Source of the DNA: Bacteroidota bacterium
GTDB lineage: Bacteria; Bacteroidota; Ignavibacteria; Palsa-1295
Reading direction: 5' to 3'
Assembly: GCA_021324685.1 (NCBI GenBank)
Contig: JAJPIQ010000044.1
Location: forward strand, 17,066 to 81,065
DNA: 64,000 nucleotides
Below the pieces are notes generated by a model. It did no database searches, had not been told where the DNA came from, and saw only the letters and a list, made by a program, of their open reading frames with translations. The position numbers and the translations under genes were made by a program. Of the stretch, positions 9,418 to 17,897 are shown piece by piece; positions within the stretch are counted from its first letter, which is position 1, and each line of letters opens with the position of its first letter.

Positions 9418-10833
9418 TTAACGACCGCGGAAACCACCGCCGCCGCCCGGCCGGCTACCGCCAATCGCAGAAGTTCCGGATGACGTTGGGGCAGCCAATG
9501 TAAAGGCCGCTACGACAACGCTGTCGCCCGGCTTCAGAGGCGGTGTGGCGCGTAGTACCTCCGTGTTATTTGCGTCGGTCAGTCCTTCCACAATATGGAC
9601 CGGCGTGACTTGCGGACCCGTCTTCGAATTGCTCTTGACATAGATCGTCGCGAACCCTGAAGCGCCCGCGATTCCGGCACCGCCATGATGTCGTGTCGTA
9701 TCCTTTGTATCGGTGGTCGAAGCAGTGTGCTGCCGACGGAATTTTGTTGCCGTATCCGGCAGCTTCGTCTCTGTGAAAAATTCCGGTGGGGGTACGAAGC
9801 GTGCCGCTGCCACCGGTACTCGAAGGACGTTCTGCCTTGTATCGCTGATGATGTTAACGGTCGCGGTCATTCCAGGAAAAAGCTTCCCCTCCGGATTTGA
9901 CGTATTGATGATAACGGTATAAGTGACGACATTTTGCGTGGTTACCGGGTTAATTCGGACCTGCCATACGGTGCCACTGAATTTCTCACCTGGATAGGCA
10001 TCCACGGTAAAGTTCACATCCTGCCCTACTTTAACTTCGCCAATATCGGCTTCATCGACGTTTGCAGCAACCTGCATCTGTGTCAGATCTTCCGCAATGA
10101 CATAGAGGACCGTTACATTCAGGCCCGCGGCGACGGTTTGGCCGCTGTCGACATTTCGCGCCTGAACGACACCATCGACGGGCGAGCGGATTTGGGTATA
10201 GCCAAGATTGACCATACTTTGCTCATATTGAGCGGAATCGACTCCAAGGGTTGCCTCAGCATCCCGCAGGGCATTTTCCGTGGCATCGAAGTCTTGCTGC
10301 GCGATCAGTTGCTGGGCAAGAAGGATTCGAGATCGAGCCTCGTTGGCTTTTGCGAGCGCGAGGTCAGATCGAGCTTTTGTCAGGGTGGCCCGGGCCTGCG
10401 TCACGGCCTCCACATAGGGAGCCGTATCGAGTAAAGCAAGCAGTTGGCCACGGTGAACTTTTGTGTTATAATCTGCAAAGATCTTTTTGACGAGGCCGGA
10501 AACCTGACTGCCAACCTGAACGGTCGTTGTTGCCTGAAGGGCGCCGGTTGCCGTTACGCTTTGTGTGATATCGCCATAATCTGCAGCAGCATAGCGGATT
10601 GTCAGGGGTGCTTCCTTTGGGCCGCGGAAAAACAGTAACCAAACCAGAAAGCCACAAAACAGAATGCCGAGTGTAATGTAAAGCGGAGTAAGATTTCGCT
10701 TCGATCGACCCAGGGTCGTTTTCTTGAGCACGGGAGAAGGAGGAGCGCCAGCGGTCGCCGCCTTTGGAATCGTTCCATCGGTCGTGGTGGAGCCCGGTGC
10801 TTCGCGAGAGATAATTACCTTTGTTTCAGCCAT
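9418..10833 (-). CDS. Efflux transporter periplasmic adaptor subunit (HlyD/MacA membrane-fusion protein family)
   Basis: Single N-terminal TM, coiled-coil region (ARATLTKARSDLALAKANEARSRILL...), beta-barrel and lipoyl-like motifs. Immediately upstream of the MacB-like permease on the same strand. Confidence 0.85.
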   Translation of the reverse strand: MAETKVIISREAPGSTTTDGTIPKAATAGAPPSPVLKKTTLGRSKRNLTPLYITLGILFCGFLVWLLFFRGPKEAPLTIRYAAADYGDITQSVTATGALQATTTVQVGSQVSGLVKKIFADYNTKVHRGQLLALLDTAPYVEAVTQARATLTKARSDLALAKANEARSRILLAQQLIAQQDFDATENALRDAEATLGVDSAQYEQSMVNLGYTQIRSPVDGVVQARNVDSGQTVAAGLNVTVLYVIAEDLTQMQVAANVDEADIGEVKVGQDVNFTVDAYPGEKFSGTVWQVRINPVTTQNVVTYTVIINTSNPEGKLFPGMTATVNIISDTRQNVLRVPVAAARFVPPPEFFTETKLPDTATKFRRQHTASTTDTKDTTRHHGGAGIAGASGFATIYVKSNSKTGPQVTPVHIVEGLTDANNTEVLRATPPLKPGDSVVVAAFTLAAPTSSGTSAIGGSRPGGGGGFRGR

Positions 10834-10933
10834 TGTCGTGGTAGAGGTCTATCGTTAAACTTATTTCCAATTGCAGAGTTCGATAAATATACGGCAAATT
10901 CCGCCAAAAGTACCTTCCGGAGTCGCATAATAA

Positions 10934-12250
10934 TTATTCATTTGAAGTGGAATGTGAAATTTCGTTTAATAAGGCTGCGGAGGCCGCATAACCGTTCCGA
11001 ATTGCACCTTCAATCGTTGCAGGAAGACCGTTTTGCACGAAGTCCCCCGAGAAATAAAAACGCGGAATGGACGATTTTGTCGAAGGCCTGAGCCTCTGGA
11101 CCGTATACGTAAAAAGCGGAGTCGCTCGTTTTTCGCGAACGATTTGGGAAGTCAGAAGACGCACATTTTTCATTTGCGGGATTGCCATCTTGAGATCATT
11201 CCACAAAACATCTTCTATTTCCTGGTTCGATTTTTCGCTTAGTGCTCCGGCCGCGCTAACGGTCAACGCAAGCCGTTGTGCCGAGTATTGAGATGCTTTC
11301 GGGAAAACCCATTGCAGAGTCGTGCCAACCATTGCATGGATTGGCCCCGAAAGCACCCTACGGTCGAGCCAGAAATAGGCATTCACGATCGGAGAAAATT
11401 GGAATTCCGGAATTGATGAGCGGATCCGTTCCGGAAGCGGTTCTTTGGCGGTATTGGAATATATCACACTCTCGAAGTTCTCTTCTCCGCCGTCGAATTT
11501 TAGAAGAAAAGAACCGCTCGAATGTTCTATGGATCGTACTGGAGTCGACCGCCGAATGTGCACACCGCGCGTCGCGATAAAATCGATAGCGGGCTGAACG
11601 AGAAGTTCCGAAAGCCCGCACGAAGGAATGAGAAGATCGCTGGCATCGGGACCGGACAAAAATGCTTCTCGAAAGACGTTGATAAAAAGCTCGGCGCTTG
11701 CCTCGTGGATTGGCGCATTGATCGTGGCGAGCACGATCGGTTCCCACAGGCGCCGAATGAGTCGATCCGGCTGCCGAAATTTTTTGAAGAGTTCTATCGC
11801 CGAGTGCGATCTGGCATTCCGGACTGCGGAACCATGGATGGCAATCCCCAGCCACGTCGCAGCGCATTTTTCTTTGAACGAGAGAAGATCCGACTTCCAT
11901 ACGGCGCCCAGCAGGTTCACCGCGGGCTTCCCTTGATTTTGAAGTTCAAGGCGGGAAGTGCTTGCCCCCGATTCGTGGAAATCCAACGAGAGCCTCCTGC
12001 GCTCGAGTTGCTTGAGCGATCCGATCGATTCGAGATATGCGAGCGTTGCGCGATAGCAACCGATGAGGAGGTGTTGGCCGTTATCGAGGACGTCGCCAGT
12101 CGCTGGGTCCAGCCATGAGCGAGTTCGTCCGCCGGCTTCTCGGCGGGCCTCGAATAGCGTGATGTTCTCGAATCCGCGTTCGACAAGACTAACTGCTGCC
12201 GCAAGACCGCTCACTCCCGCACCGACGACCGCTATTTTCGAATTCAGCAA
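10934..12250 (-). CDS. FAD-dependent oxidoreductase of the amine-oxidase/phytoene-desaturase superfamily, HpnE (hydroxysqualene dehydroxylase)-like
   Basis: N-terminal Rossmann motif 'IAVVGAGVSGLAAAVSL...LFEARREAGGRTRS'. The following 'DNGQHLLIGCYRATLAYLESIGS' resembles HpnE. No hpnC/hpnD in the window, so specific function is unconfirmed. Confidence 0.65.
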   Translation of the reverse strand: MLNSKIAVVGAGVSGLAAAVSLVERGFENITLFEARREAGGRTRSWLDPATGDVLDNGQHLLIGCYRATLAYLESIGSLKQLERRRLSLDFHESGASTSRLELQNQGKPAVNLLGAVWKSDLLSFKEKCAATWLGIAIHGSAVRNARSHSAIELFKKFRQPDRLIRRLWEPIVLATINAPIHEASAELFINVFREAFLSGPDASDLLIPSCGLSELLVQPAIDFIATRGVHIRRSTPVRSIEHSSGSFLLKFDGGEENFESVIYSNTAKEPLPERIRSSIPEFQFSPIVNAYFWLDRRVLSGPIHAMVGTTLQWVFPKASQYSAQRLALTVSAAGALSEKSNQEIEDVLWNDLKMAIPQMKNVRLLTSQIVREKRATPLFTYTVQRLRPSTKSSIPRFYFSGDFVQNGLPATIEGAIRNGYAASAALLNEISHSTSNE

Positions 12251-12257
12251 ATTCTTT

Positions 12258-12638
12258 ATGCCTCGTAAACGACAAATACCACCGGTGCTCGGTATTGGAC
12301 CAATTAAACCCTTACGACCGAGTTTCTATGCTCGTGTTTATGAGATCGTAGAACAAATCCCGGTGGGAAAGGTGACGACCTATGGCGCGATCGCCGAAGT
12401 TCTGGGCATGAAGGGGTCGTCCCGGATGGTCGGACAGGCGCTTTCCGAGCTGCCTGAAGATTCCGATGTTCCGGCGCAACGTGTTATAAATAGGATCGGT
12501 GCACTATCGGGGGCGCATCATTTTGGTGGGTACGGGCGAATGCGCACGATCCTTCGGCGGGAAGGCGTGACATTCAAAGGCGAGTTGGTCGATCTGAAGA
12601 AGCACTTTTGGGACCCGAAGCATTTGAAAAATGAATGA
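12258..12638 (+). CDS. MGMT-family DNA-binding domain protein, alkyltransferase-like (Atl). Active-site Cys replaced ('PAQRV' instead of 'PCHRV')
   Basis: The listed ORF begins at 12063 but overlaps the converging upstream gene. The internal ATG at 12258 gives a 126-aa protein: 'TYGAIAEVLG...SRMVGQAL...VPAQRVINRIGALSG..HFGG', the MGMT C-terminal HTH fold. Confidence 0.75.
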   Translation: MPRKRQIPPVLGIGPIKPLRPSFYARVYEIVEQIPVGKVTTYGAIAEVLGMKGSSRMVGQALSELPEDSDVPAQRVINRIGALSGAHHFGGYGRMRTILRREGVTFKGELVDLKKHFWDPKHLKNE

Positions 12639-12712
12639 TAGTGGGATGGCGATTTTCGGAAGTCTTTAGGCTGAAATTGTGTTTAGGGCGGCTCTAAGAC
12701 TAATTTTACGGA

Positions 12713-14470
12713 ATGGCAACGAATGTTGTAATGCCCAAAATGGGCGAATCGATCACGGAAGGCACAGTCCTTCGCTGGCTCAAAAAAGAAGGAGACAAAG
12801 TCGAAAAGGACGAGCCGATCCTTGAAATTTCGACCGATAAAGTCGATACCGAAGTACCTTCGCCGGTAGCTGGGACCCTCCTCAGAATTTTAGCCCAGGA
12901 AAAACAGACCGTTTCCGTTGGAGAGCCGATCGCATCGATTGGAACCAATGGAGAGGCGAGCAGCGCGGTGTCTGTGGCAACCACAAAGCAGGCAGCACCA
13001 TCGACGGAATCTGTAAAGCCTGCTTCCGAAGCGCCGGCGGCTCCGGCGGTGCAATCTCCGACTCAGACCGCTTCGCAAACACCGTCGCCGAATGGACAGG
13101 CTGGTGGTCAGCCCGTAGTGATGCCCAAAATGGGTGAATCAATCGCTGAAGGAACCGTACTTCGCTGGCTCAAGAACGAGGGAGATAAAGTAGAAAAGGA
13201 CGAGCCGATCCTCGAAATCTCGACCGACAAAGTAGATACCGAAGTTCCCGCCCCCTTTGCAGGAACGCTTTCGAAAATTGTTGCCAAGGAAAAAGAGACG
13301 GTTGCCGTCGGTGCTACGATCGCTTATCTATCGGGCGGTGCGGCACCCGCGCAACCAACGGCAAGCGCCGGAGCGTCCGAAAGCAAAGTGGTTTCCCAGG
13401 TCGCGTCACAACCGGTACAGCCACAAGTGTCGCAGTTGTCGCAAACACCAAAGCCTGCAATGCAAGGCTCGTCTGCTACGAAAGACGATCGCTTTTATTC
13501 TCCGCTGGTGAAAAATATCGCGAAAACCGAAGGAATTTCTCCCGAAGAACTTTCGCGAATTCCGGGAACCGGTATGAGCGGCCGCGTCAACAAGAACGAC
13601 ATGTTGAAGTACGTCGATGCTCGGAAATCCGGCGCGGTGCCTCGTTACCAGACAACTCCTTCCTTCGCTCCGACCTCACCCTCTTTTGCGCCCGGTCAAC
13701 CAAAGCCGATGGCCGCACCATCGTTTGCCTCCAGCGGGGAAGCGGTAACGGTCATTCCGATGGACAATATTCGCCAGCGGATCGCAGAGCACATGGTCCG
13801 ATCGGTCCATACCAGCGCGCATGTGACTTCCGTGAGCGAAGTCGATGTGACCAATATCGTCAACTATCAGAAAAAGAACAAGGAGGTCTTCCAGCAGCGC
13901 TATGGCGTAAAACTTACCCTGACGCCGATTTTCGTCGAGTGCATGATTAAGGCGTTGCGTGAGTTTCCGTTTATTAACGCGTCGATCGATGGGAACAATA
14001 TTGTAGTTCGGAATGAGATCAATTTTGGGATCGCCGTCGCCATGCCACAGCAGGAAGGTTCACCACTCCCGCCAGCGTTAATTGTACCCGTCATCAAACA
14101 CGCCGACAAACTTTCGCTGTCAGGACTCGCCGAAGCAGTCGGAGAACTTGCCAACAAAGCTCGAACAAAGAAACTCACTCCGGACGATATTTCCGGCGGA
14201 ACGTTTACGATCACGAATCCCGGAATGTTCGGAAATATCCTTTCGACGCCGATCATCAATCAGCCGAATTTGGCAATTATGTCGACCGGTGCGATTGTTA
14301 AACGGCCCGTTGTAAAGACCGATGAGGAGGGTAACGATTACATTGCGATCCGTTCGATGATGTTCCTCGGCCTTTCACATGACCATCGATTGATCGACGG
14401 CCTTTACGCAGTACAATTTACAGAACGCGTCAAGCAATACATGGAGGCATTCCGAGGAGACGGGATTTAA
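12713..14470 (+). CDS. 2-oxo acid dehydrogenase complex E2 component (dihydrolipoyllysine-residue acyltransferase) with two lipoyl domains
   Basis: Two near-identical lipoyl domains ('VVMPKMGESI.EGTVLRWLK.EGDKVEKDEPILEISTDKVDTEVP'). Ala/Pro-rich linkers, peripheral-subunit-binding domain, catalytic domain with 'DHRLIDG'. Confidence 0.9.
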   Translation: MATNVVMPKMGESITEGTVLRWLKKEGDKVEKDEPILEISTDKVDTEVPSPVAGTLLRILAQEKQTVSVGEPIASIGTNGEASSAVSVATTKQAAPSTESVKPASEAPAAPAVQSPTQTASQTPSPNGQAGGQPVVMPKMGESIAEGTVLRWLKNEGDKVEKDEPILEISTDKVDTEVPAPFAGTLSKIVAKEKETVAVGATIAYLSGGAAPAQPTASAGASESKVVSQVASQPVQPQVSQLSQTPKPAMQGSSATKDDRFYSPLVKNIAKTEGISPEELSRIPGTGMSGRVNKNDMLKYVDARKSGAVPRYQTTPSFAPTSPSFAPGQPKPMAAPSFASSGEAVTVIPMDNIRQRIAEHMVRSVHTSAHVTSVSEVDVTNIVNYQKKNKEVFQQRYGVKLTLTPIFVECMIKALREFPFINASIDGNNIVVRNEINFGIAVAMPQQEGSPLPPALIVPVIKHADKLSLSGLAEAVGELANKARTKKLTPDDISGGTFTITNPGMFGNILSTPIINQPNLAIMSTGAIVKRPVVKTDEEGNDYIAIRSMMFLGLSHDHRLIDGLYAVQFTERVKQYMEAFRGDGI

Positions 14471-14509
14471 ATTCAACGCTCCCCGGCCTCCCGCTTTCGC
14501 CAATACGTT

Positions 14510-15271
14510 TTATTGTTCGGCAGGGAGGGCTGCGAGGCTTTCCTTGATGAGGTCAAGGGCTTCTTCGACCTGGACTTCCTTGTTCTCCATTTCAAAAGAG
14601 CGGACCGAAAACACGGGCTGGACCGCATTAATGATCGCTTCGGCTTTTTTGGGGTCGCCTTTGGAGAGTTTCGGAAGATTAGTGAGAACGTCTTCGCCGT
14701 AGCGGTATTCGGTATGTTCTTCAATGACCGGCATGCGGCCGCTACGAATGTCTTTCTTCGTTGCTGCCGGCACGGCTTCGCTCTTTAATAGAACTTTTTT
14801 CAGCTCGTCGATGAGGGAATCCATTTTTTCTTCCGGGATATCATGGACGAGTTTAGGATTGAACTCGAAATGCTTTACCTCTTCAATGTCGATATCGACG
14901 TCCTGTTTTTCTTTGAGGTCCATGATCTTGCCGGCGCGGTCTTCATCGATGATGGCGTACTTTTTCATGGGAACGATAAGAGCTTTTGCGTCGTCGGTCG
15001 TGACGGTAAAGGAATTCGGTTCCCTCCCGCCTTTGACGACATCGGTCAGCCATTCGGGAATAATACTCGAAAACATGACTTTGCGTGCATGGCCCGAGAT
15101 CGAGCCCAAAACACGGTTGAGTGCATTGAGCGCACCGAGCACTTTGAGCGCGCTTGCCGCGACGCGCTGCTTCGTACCCGTGAGAGCATAGACTTTTTTC
15201 TTTTTCGGTTTTTTGGACCGACTTGCCGATTCCTGGACGGCTTGCGAAATGATATCTTTCATCTTTGCCAT
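14510..15271 (-). CDS. Hypothetical protein (Lys/Glu-rich, no recognisable motif)
   Basis: 253-aa ORF with protein-like composition. Overlapping plus-strand ORFs have Ser/Phe/Leu-rich antisense-like composition. No family recognised by eye. Confidence 0.5.
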   Translation of the reverse strand: MAKMKDIISQAVQESASRSKKPKKKKVYALTGTKQRVAASALKVLGALNALNRVLGSISGHARKVMFSSIIPEWLTDVVKGGREPNSFTVTTDDAKALIVPMKKYAIIDEDRAGKIMDLKEKQDVDIDIEEVKHFEFNPKLVHDIPEEKMDSLIDELKKVLLKSEAVPAATKKDIRSGRMPVIEEHTEYRYGEDVLTNLPKLSKGDPKKAEAIINAVQPVFSVRSFEMENKEVQVEEALDLIKESLAALPAEQ

Positions 15272-15493
15272 AGCATTACGCCGTGCGAGGCGCGTGCCGA
15301 CACGTAGATCGAAGCACTGAGAAAGAAATAATAGAAAAGCAGCGGGGTGTTAGTAAAAATTCGAGAAGTAATGGTAAGGATCCTTTCTTTTCAAAACAAA
15401 AAGTGGGAGTTTGTGGGGACACTATATTATAAGATAATTACCTTTTATTCACCCCATCATACGGGAGTCTCTTAAGTTATTAGAATTAAGTCA

Positions 15494-16666
15494 ATGAAGA
15501 TCGTGCGGATTTCTGTCTTTCTCCTTGCTGTTTTATTACTATTCTCGTCTGCGAGTTCCGTCTCAGCTCGAAAACCGTCGCGGTCCCCACAGGGAACTTC
15601 AATTGCGATAACCGTTCCAGATACAAATCAGCAGGACTTAAGCAATGGCCAGACGCACACTTTTAGATTTATCGTTCAAAACACCTCTAACGACACGGAA
15701 ATCATTTTTGTACAGCGTTCTGAGGCGCTGGCGCCCGGCTGGACCACAAGCATTTGCGATCCACAGACCTGTCATGATGCAAAGGATTCATTGGTACCCT
15801 GGGCACTCCCTCCGGCTCATTCCGGAGATTTTACGCTCAATATGAATCCGGTGCTTGACGATCAGCCCGATAGTACTTCGGTAAGCCTTGCTATTGGTAT
15901 TAGCGGTAGTCCGAGTGATACGATACTGAGGTTTTTCGGTACTTCGAAACCCGGAACCCCGCCACTTATTTTCAGTTGGAACTCGCTCGTAACCGAAAAA
16001 ACATACTCGGGTTCAGGGATCTACGCACTTACTAACTTCCTCGACAATGTTTCAGGCCGGACGGTCGATTTTGCGCTTACGATTCAGGATTCCGTTCCCA
16101 GTGGATGGAGCCTGAGCATCTGCAATGGGGTTCCCGACGACCAGGGAAATATTAACGATAATTGTAGTGTCGGGACCGCCTTCACTTCGATTTTTTCTCC
16201 TTATCTCGGTACCGCTTACGAGCAGCGTCTGAAGTTCAAACTCAATGCTCCCACGGTCACGAAGGAAGACTCTGCGGTAATTTACGTCAGCGTTCATCCA
16301 AAGACCAATAACCCGGCCGATTCGGCGAATTACCGCTTCGTAATGCGAGTCCAGCCGCAGAGCGATGTCGCTGTACCCGGTTCCGATGACCGTGCCGGGC
16401 TGACGGTTACAAATGCGTGGCCGAACCCAGTCTATCATGGTGCAAGGTTACATCTCGATGTTCTTACGGACCGCGAAGGTGCAGCGTTGGCAACGATATA
16501 TGACGTGGCCGGGACCCGCCAGTCTGCCGTCAACATTGGGACGTTGGAAGAGGGTGAGAACCACCTTCAGGTTGAAATTCCGAGCCTTCCGAGCGGCGAA
16601 TATATCGTTCGGATCGATCAGGGAACGGTTTCGTCTGAGGCCGTTCGATTCAGTATTATAAAATAG
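15494..16666 (+). CDS. Secreted hypothetical protein with internally duplicated Cys-containing domain and T9SS C-terminal sorting domain
   Basis: Signal peptide. Repeated 'APGWTTSICDPQTCHD' / 'PSGWSLSICNGVPDDQGNINDNCS' modules. C-terminal ~80 aa 'NAWPNPVYHGARLHLDV...GEYIVRIDQG' is a T9SS CTD. Confidence 0.7.
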   Translation: MKIVRISVFLLAVLLLFSSASSVSARKPSRSPQGTSIAITVPDTNQQDLSNGQTHTFRFIVQNTSNDTEIIFVQRSEALAPGWTTSICDPQTCHDAKDSLVPWALPPAHSGDFTLNMNPVLDDQPDSTSVSLAIGISGSPSDTILRFFGTSKPGTPPLIFSWNSLVTEKTYSGSGIYALTNFLDNVSGRTVDFALTIQDSVPSGWSLSICNGVPDDQGNINDNCSVGTAFTSIFSPYLGTAYEQRLKFKLNAPTVTKEDSAVIYVSVHPKTNNPADSANYRFVMRVQPQSDVAVPGSDDRAGLTVTNAWPNPVYHGARLHLDVLTDREGAALATIYDVAGTRQSAVNIGTLEEGENHLQVEIPSLPSGEYIVRIDQGTVSSEAVRFSIIK

Positions 16667-16693
16667 TCGGGAAGTCCTTAAAAAAGGCTGCAA

Positions 16694-16720
16694 AAAACGC
16701 TCAAAACGAGCGTTTTTTTT
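16694..16720 (+). terminator. Rho-independent terminator
   Basis: Hairpin AACGCTC-aaaac-GAGCGTT followed by T8, 28 nt after the stop of the 15494..16666 CDS. Confidence 0.6.
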
Positions 16721-17041
16721 GCGAAAAATTGAAGGTTTTCCACTCATTATCCCTCAAATGGCCGGGGTACACTCGGAGGGAACTCAAACAAGGAGTGTGA
16801 ATCATTCCCTTATGCAATCCCGCTAATTCTCAGCAAAATAAAGGATTTCGAAGGTTATCCACTTATTCGCATTGAGTTATTCACCTGGCTGTTGATAAAT
16901 GGCGACTTATGAACCATTTTATCAACAACGAATGGGATAATTTTCAAGCATAACTATTCCGCCCTTTACTGTCGCATTTTTTTTTGTTGAAAAACGAGCA
17001 CTGCCATATCAGACAAGGCCGCGCGAGACATAGCAATTATT

Positions 17042-17770
17042 TTATGCGGTTCTATCAATGCCTTCCGCTTTTTCCTTTATCACGGACTGTATGAATGTCT
17101 GAATTGCGGCATTGACCGGCTCCGGCCGCGCCTGACCGACCAAATGCTTGGTTCGCCGAATAATAACTACGTGCTTGCTCGGTTTTGGGCAGGAGATGAT
17201 CTGGTCTTTCTCACCGTGAATGCGAATGTATGGTACGTCGATCGGACATCCCTGCCACTGTACGAGTGCGTGATAGGCATCTCGAAAAAGTCCTCGTGCA
17301 AGTTCATGATACATTACGCCCGCAAGCCGAATTTCTTCCCTGGAAATACCGGAGACCATCCGCATCACGGGTGCGACAAAAACTTCCGCCGCACGGTAGA
17401 CCCATAGTGGAAGCCACCAGCAAAAATAACGTCCGAACATTCGTGGGATCGCGCGGATCTCCCGCGATGTCGTGGGGCCGCCTATAAGAATAAGGCCGCG
17501 AACCGGAAGATATTTTGCGAGTTCCATACCGATCGCAGAGCCGAGCGAATAACCGGCGATAAAGAGGGGCTTCGATGAGTCGATCCGGTGATCGAACAAA
17601 AGGTGATCGCAAAACCGCTTGCTGTAGCTTTCGAGAGATTCTCGTTGTTTGAATGCGATGTAATCCGGCGTAATGAAATGATAGGGCAGCGTAAGTTGCG
17701 AATGGGCCATCCGATGGTCGCCGCCAAGGCCTGGAAGAAGAAGAAGTTGGACCTCGGTTTCGTCGATCAC
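17042..17770 (-). CDS. Alpha/beta fold hydrolase (thioesterase/lipase-like)
   Basis: Nucleophile elbow 'GYSLGSAIG' (GxSxG) in a ~240-aa alpha/beta-hydrolase-sized protein. Later acidic and His residues are consistent with a catalytic triad. Confidence 0.75.
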   Translation of the reverse strand: MIDETEVQLLLLPGLGGDHRMAHSQLTLPYHFITPDYIAFKQRESLESYSKRFCDHLLFDHRIDSSKPLFIAGYSLGSAIGMELAKYLPVRGLILIGGPTTSREIRAIPRMFGRYFCWWLPLWVYRAAEVFVAPVMRMVSGISREEIRLAGVMYHELARGLFRDAYHALVQWQGCPIDVPYIRIHGEKDQIISCPKPSKHVVIIRRTKHLVGQARPEPVNAAIQTFIQSVIKEKAEGIDRTA

Positions 17771-17897
17771 CGTTATTAACGTATTAAAGTTTTAGAATTC
17801 CTGGGGGAATTCACTCGATGTTAAGCCACGAGCCGTCGTGCGAAAAAGGAATGCTCTGAAGAGGACTGACTTCCTGCCTCATCTACCAAAGGTACGG

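Noticed and set aside
12063-12257. Upstream 65-codon extension of the Atl/MGMT ORF
   Set aside because: It overlaps the 3' end of the convergent HpnE-like gene and is Arg/Pro/Ser-rich with no homology. The ATG at 12258 gives a canonical-length MGMT domain.
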